From contig OY969811.1 of NCBI GenBank assembly GCA_963703315.1, positions 1,952,001 to 2,016,000 of the forward strand: 64,000 nucleotides of DNA, given 5' to 3'. The notes under the pieces are model-generated. The model did not search any database. It saw only the letters and a list, made by a program, of their open reading frames with translations, and had not been told where the DNA came from. This DNA is from an uncultured cyanobacterium (GTDB taxonomy: Bacteria; Cyanobacteriota; Cyanobacteriia; Pseudanabaenales; Pseudanabaenaceae). The translations under genes were made by a program, and so were the position numbers. The first letter of the stretch is position 1. Every line of letters begins with the position of its first letter. Shown one piece after another: positions 12,401 through 18,514 of the stretch.

Positions 12401-12979
12401 CGTATTCGCCCCATTTCTGAACAAGCCCTCCGTCAATACCTCCGCGCCCAAATCGTCGTCCAAGATAGTGAAACTAGCGGTACTAAGTTTAATGAATTCT
12501 CCCCTGAAGAATTTAATCTGCTCGTTACCTGTTGCCAAGAATCAGAACTTTCTCCGCGCAGCCTCAAACGTCTCACCAACGTCTATAAACTCTACAAAGT
12601 TCTCAGTCGCACTCGCGGTCAAAAGCCCACACCCAAAGAACAAAAAACAATTCTGACCCTGCTTGCCTTTTCCAGTCGCTACCCTGACCTCATGCGCGAT
12701 ATTCTTCAAAAAATTGGTTCCATCTTCGACCAAAGTCAAAATCCAGATAATGAGAAGGAAACCCTTTTTAATGTATTCAAAACATACCTAGAAAATCCTG
12801 CCAAGAATTCCGCAAATTCATACTTAACAGAAGATGTCAAACAACTCACCTATGACTTTCACAAACTTGTGGATGAGAAATTGGAACTCAATGAAATTAG
12901 AAGTATTTTTGACTTTGTGCGTACTTTCTCCTTTGTCGGTGATATTGGGGTCGATCACACAAACTTAGGAATTGCGTAA
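6473..12979 (+). CDS. 2168-aa protein: about 27 tandem 35/36-aa helical repeats plus a KAP-family P-loop NTPase with inserted TM helices
   Basis: Walker A VGILGGWGGGKS, FDAWTY, hydrophobic insert YLFILICLSFILLAIFIPIAL, Walker B VVLYIDDLDRC, YLEKIIQIPY, SPRSLKRLTN. Confidence 0.85.
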   Translation: MATGKEEQPIWVQDLLAWLDKIEAKKLEGEKWIERVNEVLAELLPDLSEPLKQDDLRDTKNVCEEYSRSQTIADVTAQTSASDVERLKQSLADAQSIYDEYSRWQAIADVVAQIPESEPELLKQALDVAQRISDEYCRSEAIAAVASQIPASEPELLKQALEAIQRIDNGNYRSPAIVSLATQIPSSELELLKQALEAAQSIDNEYYRSPAIVAVATQIPASEPELLKQALEAAQSIDNEYYRSPAIVAVATQIPESEPELLKQSLEAAQRIKNDECRWKTIAIAAAQLPSLERKLVLQQAIESTQRIYDEYSKSKAIADVATQIPASEPELLENALKAAQSIESEHYRSKAIAAVAAQIPALERKSALQQAIEVAQRIENEDYRSQAIAAVAAQIPSSEPELLKQVLENAQRIEYEDYRSQAIAAVAAQIPSSEPELLKQVLENAQRIVGEEYRLPVIVAVATQIPASEPELIKQALEAAQLIENEYLRSPAITAIAAQIPAFELELIKQALETAQTINDEYCRAPAIAAVAAQIPISKRKLTLQQTIKVAQHIENEDYRSQAIATVVAQIPTSEPELLKQTLETAQSIGDENCRLSVIAAIAAQIPASEPELLKQALKAAQSIIDVQYRWQAIAAVAAKIPESEPELLKQALEAAQSLFGEEYKSPAIAAVVAQIPVSEPELLKQALEAAQNIEDKQYKAPAIAAVASQLSPSERKSVLQQAIKVAQSIEDYYSDSKGRAIAAVAAQIPVFEPDLLKQALETAQSISDEYFRSKTITAVAAQIPESELELLKQALEAAQSIQNNDEYRSKTITAVAAQILPSQRKLALQQAIGATKSISDEYSRSKAIAAVVAQIPVSEPELLLQAFEAAQNIGNENYRSEAIATVATQLPPSERKSALQKALEVAQNIEREDYRSQTIAVVAARIPASEPELLKQAFEAAQSLVDEQNRSPAIATVAAQIPVSELDLLKQALEATQNINRGYHRSEAIAAVVAKLPTSEYHKIIEICSKLENKQYRIEALGAIAFKATEMLIAQTPQNLISTILEIVPNGKNSADKAKLLSALATRLSTGLFPRALQIIQNEINHPTYQAETLSNLLPYLPPEQLPEALAVITSFAGYSAPTTALCQLIPKLTFPDLELVFKDFIIGTTETKARIPQPKLQYQILKCLNTCLKSILENITEIDADQHSQERLSQEINDHLHQIINEYGHLFSKLSSDNQTVTPKLIAEQTKILRTIRENSRDFDKANALIQITASLDDSLSIEAQSIAQEIQDAYHKARALVSLASRFPKIRNEAQQQVNQTRKDEIQHIELLSQFATIVPEQIPNLLKSVEEWSGANPFELQETTTDPERCKYKRRRILIALKPHLPIRLSREIDRETSIGKAPQDLWERCLFVLRNEYRQALKSGSFRNDATQDEDLLNLKDEINALTEMLLMRDLTPPVAVGILGGWGGGKSYMMHLMQKHMVEIRSRGLDPVEAWGFKDKDEENPDSSRLNRYVGHIYQIKFDAWTYAKSNLWASLMQTIFFELDRQISLEHQIDTALKRANPKTTPLDSQNGTIWQALYEVSDEDREWFLKNVLTDQTFNEWEKLSKENSSSEKLWELFGNSQKEAIADLEALKSTLQETKENLQKKPVEILNDHVKRKAFFDTASQKAIAILQKRLGKNFTDEIKKDLEQKLTKIQDTTTDLNQFYDLVKDDIETVLEKKETQIDIQFIKEFTVKNYLFILICLSFILLAIFIPIALPESIKNNLVAQIISATTPLVAAIPFAKTTIQRGRKLYNQIKLEVSDFTHKLENNIQNQIDTDKDLLALKTKITELEKEVKNKSADIPTNTYASITDFVKDRVQKGGYQEHLGMMHQVKEDLSMLSKRLLPPPADSKEYATKVKQLAEVFPRGSARVVLYIDDLDRCPPKTVVEVLEAVQLLVKNPLFIAVLAIDERYITRALADHYKGVLPLKGRPSASDYLEKIIQIPYRIRPISEQALRQYLRAQIVVQDSETSGTKFNEFSPEEFNLLVTCCQESELSPRSLKRLTNVYKLYKVLSRTRGQKPTPKEQKTILTLLAFSSRYPDLMRDILQKIGSIFDQSQNPDNEKETLFNVFKTYLENPAKNSANSYLTEDVKQLTYDFHKLVDEKLELNEIRSIFDFVRTFSFVGDIGVDHTNLGIA
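6600..9470 (+). repeat. Intragenic tandem repeat array, 105/108-nt units
   Basis: Unit PASEPELLKQALEAAQSIxxExYRSxAIAAVAAQI, near-identical at DNA level. Confidence 0.9.
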
Positions 12980-13031
12980 AAGAACGAGATGTAGTGACAA
13001 TTCATGAATTACCACTACATCTCGTTCTTTT
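12978..13031. terminator. Long hairpin after the KAP gene, REP-derived (GTAG..CAATTCATGAATT..CTAC core)
   Basis: AAAAGAACGAGATGTAGTG...CACTACATCTCGTTCTTTT. Confidence 0.65.
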
Positions 13032-13065
13032 GTGTCAACGCACAATGGATGTTGGAGTTTTTATA

Positions 13066-13098
13066 TTTCACACCTATTTCATTTTGTTGTGAGATGCT
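13066..13098 (+). promoter_or_regulatory. OmpR-type direct repeat TTTCA-N6-TTTCA plus -10 (GATGCT) upstream of the RND adaptor gene
   Basis: 11-bp period; same geometry at 18441-18473. Confidence 0.55.
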
Positions 13099-13150
13099 TG
13101 ATATCAAGGTAATTGCGATAAATATTGAGTACAAAAACTAGATTAAGCAG

Positions 13151-14707
13151 ATGAGATTATCCCCAAGACTTCACGTTCCCATTATTAAAGTAATTCTTAG
13201 TTTGATTTTACTTTCTAATCCTGCGATCGCCCTTGCTCATGCGGGACATGGCGATGAATTTAAAGGGACTAATACAACTGAAATCACGGGAATTACAGTA
13301 GATGATGAAGTTGCCAAGTCACTGGGAATTAAAGTAGAAACTGTAAAGAAACAGCCCCTAAAATTTGGTATGCAAACCACAGGGCAGATCGAGACTTTGC
13401 CGAACCAACAAGTAAAAGTAACTACTCCGATCAAAGGAACAATTGTTAATTTGCTAGTAGAGCCGGGGGCTTTAGTTCAGGCAGGTCAACCTGTGGCAAT
13501 TCTATCTAGTCCAGAACTAGCGGAGTTACGAGTTAGTTCGCTAGAGAAACAGGCAGAAGCAAGTGGCAATATTCTCAATGCTGAATCAAATTTACGTTTA
13601 GCCCGACAAAATCTTGAACGTCAGAAGCTACTTGTTGAAGCAGATATCCGTCAGGCTCAGACTGAATTAAGTTTAGATAAGGAGCGTTATGAGCGCGACA
13701 AAGAGTTATTAGAGAAAGGGGCGATCGCCCGACGACAATTACAAGAATCAGAATCAAAGTTTGTCGCCGCAAGAGCCGCCTTAACTAAAGCAGAAAGTCG
13801 TTTACCTTTGCTAGAAGCTCAAGCACAATTAGAAAGAGCCGAAGCTGATGTACAAGTATCTGCGACCAGAGTTGAGCTAAGTACTGCCGCTTATGCAGCA
13901 AGATTAAATCAACTAGAAGCTAGTGCAAATTCTAATGGCACGATTACAATTACTGCGCCAATTGATGGAGTTGTCAGCGATCGCGAAGCGACAATTGGCG
14001 AGTCAGTTGATGCCGCAGGAAAGACTTTAATGACGATCGTTAATGATGAAAGAGTTCTCGCCACTGCAAATATTTACGAAAAAGATATAAGTAAAATCCG
14101 TATTGGTCAACCCGTGCAGGTGAAAATTGCAGGACAGCCTTCGACTACAGTTTTTCAAGGCAAGGTGACGGTGATTGGTACTACTGTAGAAGGACAAAGC
14201 CGTATTGTTCCCGTAAAAGCTGAGATTGGTAATGTGAAGAGACAGTTAAAAGCGGGGATGTTTACCAATATCGAAATCCTCACAGATAGTGTGTCTGTGC
14301 CAACCTTAGCGATTCCTGCTGCTTCAGTAGTAGAAGCAAATGGCAAGCAGTTAGTATTTGTGCAGAATGGGAAGTCCTATCAGCCTGTTGATGTGACTTT
14401 GGGAAAGACTTCGGGGGATTTAGTGGAAGTTACAAGCGGATTGTTTGAAGGCGATCGCATTGTTACTCAGCGTGCTAATCAGCTATATGCTCAATCTCTG
14501 CGTGGAGATAATAAGCCCAAGGATGATCATAGTAATGCTATAAAACCTGATGTATCTATCCAAAACAACTGGTGGCTGATGCTTCTAGCAGGAGGTGTTG
14601 GCGGCGGCGCAATTGTGGCGATCGCTTTTTGGTTAGGAAGGCGATCGGGTACAAAAATGGTGATACTGCGGGAGCCTTTAAGTACAAGCGATCACATTGA
14701 TAGATGA
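13151..14707 (+). CDS. Heavy-metal RND efflux periplasmic adaptor subunit (CzcB/NrsB-like)
   Basis: Signal peptide then AHAGHGDEF; lipoyl/barrel motifs, long coiled coil, C-terminal TM. Confidence 0.9.
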   Translation: MRLSPRLHVPIIKVILSLILLSNPAIALAHAGHGDEFKGTNTTEITGITVDDEVAKSLGIKVETVKKQPLKFGMQTTGQIETLPNQQVKVTTPIKGTIVNLLVEPGALVQAGQPVAILSSPELAELRVSSLEKQAEASGNILNAESNLRLARQNLERQKLLVEADIRQAQTELSLDKERYERDKELLEKGAIARRQLQESESKFVAARAALTKAESRLPLLEAQAQLERAEADVQVSATRVELSTAAYAARLNQLEASANSNGTITITAPIDGVVSDREATIGESVDAAGKTLMTIVNDERVLATANIYEKDISKIRIGQPVQVKIAGQPSTTVFQGKVTVIGTTVEGQSRIVPVKAEIGNVKRQLKAGMFTNIEILTDSVSVPTLAIPAASVVEANGKQLVFVQNGKSYQPVDVTLGKTSGDLVEVTSGLFEGDRIVTQRANQLYAQSLRGDNKPKDDHSNAIKPDVSIQNNWWLMLLAGGVGGGAIVAIAFWLGRRSGTKMVILREPLSTSDHIDR

Positions 14708-14757
14708 GCTATTACTATTGTGGCTTCAAAATTTTGATTGACGTATCCTTGCATCAT
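14692..14757 (-). pseudogene. 21-codon remnant resembling the N-terminus of a clan AA aspartic protease gene
   Basis: ATGA-coupled to the upstream ORF; MMQGYVNQNFEATIVIAHLSM*. Confidence 0.45.
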
Positions 14758-15029
14758 AGCTTTTCTTTTAAGCTTCGCGCTCCAAAACGATGAACGGCGC
14801 GATAACCGATTCGGACTACCCAAGTTTGAGAATCGGGAAATCGCTCCCTAAGCTTTTTAGTGGCGGTCATTGTGTCATTAGCAATTTCAAAAGCTCCTGT
14901 TTCGATATCAATAGCTACAATTTTGCCGTGATGATCTGTCTCGACTTGTGGGAGGATTTGAGTCTGATAAATGAGATCGCCACGCTTGGCAAATTCTTCT
15001 TTGCTATATCGAGGTTGACGGACTGCCAT
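14754..15029 (-). CDS. Small conserved hypothetical protein (DUF5678-like; usually paired with an aspartic protease gene)
   Basis: RQPRYSKEEFAKRGDLIY...GKIVAIDIETGAFE...VRIG. Confidence 0.75.
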   Translation of the reverse strand: MAVRQPRYSKEEFAKRGDLIYQTQILPQVETDHHGKIVAIDIETGAFEIANDTMTATKKLRERFPDSQTWVVRIGYRAVHRFGARSLKEKL

Positions 15030-15119
15030 AATTGTTGTTTCTCCGCGATCATTGCCTTATTTAACATATTGTAACTGACCATAAACCGCTCCAAAGCGAT
15101 CGCTGATCAAGCTCATTTT

Positions 15120-15356
15120 CTACCGTGATGACTTGGGTGGAATCTGGACAGATTGAGGTAGTGAACAAGTTGGCGGTTTGGTTTGAGCAGATGGTAAGTA
15201 TGGACTGAAGGAATAAACCAAAACAGGGACTATGATATGGGTTCCGATATAGGTAAGACTTCTCAACAGGCGACGGGGAATCGCAATGTTAATTTTGTCA
15301 TCATTGGGAAGAGGAGAAAGCTCTGAGCCTTTACCAGAAATCGATTTGTTTGACAT
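15120..15356 (-). CDS. Hypothetical small protein with one hydrophobic segment
   Basis: ATG-started 78-aa ORF in otherwise empty space; no recognisable motif. Confidence 0.35.
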   Translation of the reverse strand: MSNKSISGKGSELSPLPNDDKINIAIPRRLLRSLTYIGTHIIVPVLVYSFSPYLPSAQTKPPTCSLPQSVQIPPKSSR

Positions 15357-15632
15357 AATGAACCCATCATTAATATTTGTAGGTGTTGTTGCTTCGGCAC
15401 AGCGCTTTGTTCATAAAAAAGCGCTATTAGATATAAATAGTAGTATATACAATCAATAGATATACTGTCAATACTTATAAAACAATTGTGTTACCTAGTC
15501 TCTGATTTGCTTTTGATGCTTATATCTGGAATTATCCTTGGGATTTTGTGATAAATCTTTTGTTATAAAAGGAGAGCTTGCTTAGTGAAAGTATTTCCTA
15601 AGATAATTTTTCAAAAGCTATTTCAGTAAAAG

Positions 15633-15908
15633 ATGATCGTTAGGAAATTTGAGCAGTTACCAGTAGAAGCAAAGAATATTCTCCTGCAAATCAAGTCAGG
15701 TGTTGCATTTGCTCATAAAAAAGATGGGAGTGTATATCGCAACAGAGAAGGAAAGTTACCAGAACGATCGCCTGATTATTATCGGGAATATACGGTTCTG
15801 ACTCCTGAGATGACAACGAGAGGCTCACGCCGTTTGGTTATTGGTAATGAAGGGGAAATCTACTATACTGATGATCACTATCTGACTTTTCAGAAAATCA
15901 TCGAATAG
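15633..15908 (+). CDS. Guanyl-specific ribonuclease (barnase/RNase Sa family), no signal peptide
   Basis: YRNREGKLP, YYREYTV, RGSRRLV, YYTDDHY catalytic motifs. Confidence 0.85.
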   Translation: MIVRKFEQLPVEAKNILLQIKSGVAFAHKKDGSVYRNREGKLPERSPDYYREYTVLTPEMTTRGSRRLVIGNEGEIYYTDDHYLTFQKIIE

Positions 15909-15909
15909 T

Positions 15910-16329
15910 ATGACTAAGCACATAACCCAGTTACTTCCTGTTAAGCCTTTAGCTGATCGTGATTCTGTGGCGATCGCTAATGGTGCTGATAGTTTACAGA
16001 AGTTAGGAACTGAGATTTTTTATCTTGATGGTCGAGAAATTCGGGATAAGCAGTCTTTTTTGCAGAAAGTCGCTGAGGTGATGCGGTTTCCAGATTATTT
16101 TGGCTATAACTGGGATGCTTTGGAGGAGTGCATTACGGATTTAGATTGGTGTCCTGCGGCGCGATATATTTTGATATACGACTATCCAGAAGCGTTTTCA
16201 AAAGTGGAGCCTGAAGAATGGAAGCTTGCATATGATATTTTGCGATCGGCTGTGGAATATTGGCAGGTAACGGATACGCCTTTGGAGGTTTTGTTAATTG
16301 GTGAAACCGTTACAGATAAAACGTTGTAG
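15910..16329 (+). CDS. Barstar-family RNase inhibitor
   Basis: LDG..I...FPDYFGYNWDALEECITDL; directly follows the RNase gene. Confidence 0.9.
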   Translation: MTKHITQLLPVKPLADRDSVAIANGADSLQKLGTEIFYLDGREIRDKQSFLQKVAEVMRFPDYFGYNWDALEECITDLDWCPAARYILIYDYPEAFSKVEPEEWKLAYDILRSAVEYWQVTDTPLEVLLIGETVTDKTL

Positions 16330-16567
16330 GGGCAAAGCATTCCCGCAGAAATTTATGATTTTACACATCGCTTTAAATCGGGAATGCTCTGCCCAAAACC
16401 TCAAACATTTATCGATAATCTCTAAACCGCACAAAACCTTATGCATTTACCGATAATCTCCAAACCGCAGGGATAATTTATCGGTAAAAGCGAAGAGGGT
16501 TTAGCATTTGTAAATGGAGATTTTAGTGAGGAGTTGAGAGAGGTTGGCGCAAATGCTAAACCCCTAC
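16326..16567. repeat. GTAG-type REP doublet element (REPIN-like)
   Basis: GTAGGGGCAAAGCATTCCC...GGGAATGCT and GGGTTTAGCATTTG...CAAATGCTAAACCCCTAC; sister copy at 28432-28611. Confidence 0.75.
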
Positions 16568-16581
16568 GTTACCTACATTAC

Positions 16582-17517
16582 TTACCTTGTGGCTCTGCGG
16601 GTAGCGAGAATGAAAACCTTGTCGATGCCAATATGAAAGGCAAAGCGAGTGAGGCGATAGAAGGTAATCAGTGAAACGAGACGATGATTCATTCCCTTTG
16701 ATTGCATTCTTGTCCGTGATTCCATCATGTCGCTAATCCAGTGCTGCCATTCATCCCATTCTTCAGGAAAGACTTCAGCTAAACCTTGAGTAATAGCTTC
16801 AACTAAAGTTACATCCCATGCTCTTTGTTTAATTTGAATTTGAGATTTACTATAAGCAATGAGATGATCGGGAATTTCCTCTAAAGATATATTTATACAG
16901 GCTTCTGCAGCAAACTGAAGCATGGAATACCTTATACTAAGAGCGTAATTAACCCTAGCATTTACATAAGTATTAGCCATAGAAATAGCAAACGCATTAG
17001 CAATAGCATATGCAATATTGTTCTTTCTAGGATTAGTCATAGAACGACAAGCTTTAACAAACATTCCGTTAGCATGAGATTTATATTTGACAGCTATAGA
17101 CAATTCTTTAGCATAGGCTTTAGACTTTCTAGTCAAAATTCTAGCAGTCGTATCGTTAGCCTTAGTATCGATAGAAATATCTTCTGCCTCAGTAACTAGA
17201 AATTTTGACTCGCTAGTATAGTTGTTTGTCAACATATCAATAGTTCTTTTTATACCAATAGATTTTAATTTGGCATTTAAAGATCTTGATTTTTTGACAG
17301 CATATTTTGCTTTGGTAACAGCAGCCTTTGTTTTATTCTCTAAAAATTGAAATTCAGATACATCAACATGAGCCTTAGCAACAATACTTGCTCCTATCTC
17401 CTCACTAGCTTGAACCATAGCATTAAGCTCTTCTATAGCATCAAATTTAGCTTTACCCTTAAAAGCCCTAAATCCTAATAAAACCCGAAAGATAGCTATT
17501 GGATTAGTTTGACTCAT
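16582..17517 (-). CDS. Hypothetical protein downstream of padR
   Basis: 311-aa ORF 2 nt after the padR stop; Ala/Lys-rich, AT-rich body; Trp/acidic C-terminal motif FPEEWDEWQHW. Confidence 0.7.
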   Translation of the reverse strand: MSQTNPIAIFRVLLGFRAFKGKAKFDAIEELNAMVQASEEIGASIVAKAHVDVSEFQFLENKTKAAVTKAKYAVKKSRSLNAKLKSIGIKRTIDMLTNNYTSESKFLVTEAEDISIDTKANDTTARILTRKSKAYAKELSIAVKYKSHANGMFVKACRSMTNPRKNNIAYAIANAFAISMANTYVNARVNYALSIRYSMLQFAAEACINISLEEIPDHLIAYSKSQIQIKQRAWDVTLVEAITQGLAEVFPEEWDEWQHWISDMMESRTRMQSKGMNHRLVSLITFYRLTRFAFHIGIDKVFILATRRATR

Positions 17518-17519
17518 CT

Positions 17520-17864
17520 CTAAATCCCCCCGATCGCCATAACAGATCTCAACCCACTCAAAAACACCTCCTTAGCATTAAGAGCGCGATTACCCTCACC
17601 CGCAATCACATAATAACGCCGCCTTGCGCCAGTAAGTTCTTCTGGAGTTTCATCACCCCAACGCGAAGTTACAAAACCCTTTTCCTCAAGCTTTTTCAGC
17701 GTCGGATATAGTGAACTAAACCCGATCTTGCGCTTGCCATCACTAGCTTTAGCGATCGCATCGATAATTTCTAAACCATAACGCTCGCGATCGCGCACCG
17801 CATATAGCACCATCTCTTCAGTGGGCGTAAGGTCTAGGGGATCATCAGACTTTTTGCGTGCCAT
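17520..17864 (-). CDS. PadR-family transcriptional regulator (short subfamily)
   Basis: RYGLEI, SLYPTLKKLEEKGFV, GARRRYY. Confidence 0.9.
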   Translation of the reverse strand: MARKKSDDPLDLTPTEEMVLYAVRDRERYGLEIIDAIAKASDGKRKIGFSSLYPTLKKLEEKGFVTSRWGDETPEELTGARRRYYVIAGEGNRALNAKEVFLSGLRSVMAIGGI

Positions 17865-18017
17865 AACCTAATATACATACAATCTATAACTGATTATACA
17901 TTAATTAGATATATAGTCTATATCATAAAAATATTTTTTGATGCGATCGCTGAGACAATTCGGCAAGGCGATCGCTGAAACAATTAGAAAATTGCAAGTG
18001 ATTTTGTTATATCAACA

Positions 18018-18401
18018 ATGAGTAAAGAAAGGATATTTAATAGTTCTCAGTTTCTTCAGCCAAATGATGATGAGCCTATTCGATCAGTTGTTACCGAATC
18101 CAAAGATGCTGTTGTTGTAGCTTGGTATGTCAACTCGAAGCAAAAGATTGCGCCGCACATTCATCCAAATGGACAAGACACATGGACAGTTTTGAGTGGT
18201 AAAGGTGAATATTATCTGGATGCAACAGGCGGCACTAAACAGATAGTTGCTGGAGACATTGCAGTTGCTCCTCTTGGTTGCGTACATGGAGTATTTAATA
18301 ATGGTGACGAACCATTGATATTTATCTCAGTTGTAACACCTGCTACCGCAGGTTATCAACCTATTCCTTTAGAAAATTCCTCTGATAGTACAGCCTATTG
18401 A
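18018..18401 (+). CDS. Cupin domain protein
   Basis: PHIHPNGQD and P.GCVHGVFN cupin motifs. Confidence 0.85.
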   Translation: MSKERIFNSSQFLQPNDDEPIRSVVTESKDAVVVAWYVNSKQKIAPHIHPNGQDTWTVLSGKGEYYLDATGGTKQIVAGDIAVAPLGCVHGVFNNGDEPLIFISVVTPATAGYQPIPLENSSDSTAY

Positions 18402-18440
18402 GGATTCAAGTATTACAGCACAAAGCACTGTAACTTGGCA

Positions 18441-18473
18441 TTTCATCATGACTTCATAATTCCATGTCATGCT
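18441..18473 (+). promoter_or_regulatory. OmpR-type direct repeat TTTCA-N6-CTTCA plus extended -10 (TGtCATGCT) upstream of the RND permease gene
   Basis: 27-nt offset from first repeat to -10, as at 13066-13098. Confidence 0.55.
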
Positions 18474-18514
18474 AACTTCACTAGCTACTCATCATATTTC
18501 TATTACCTCAAATT

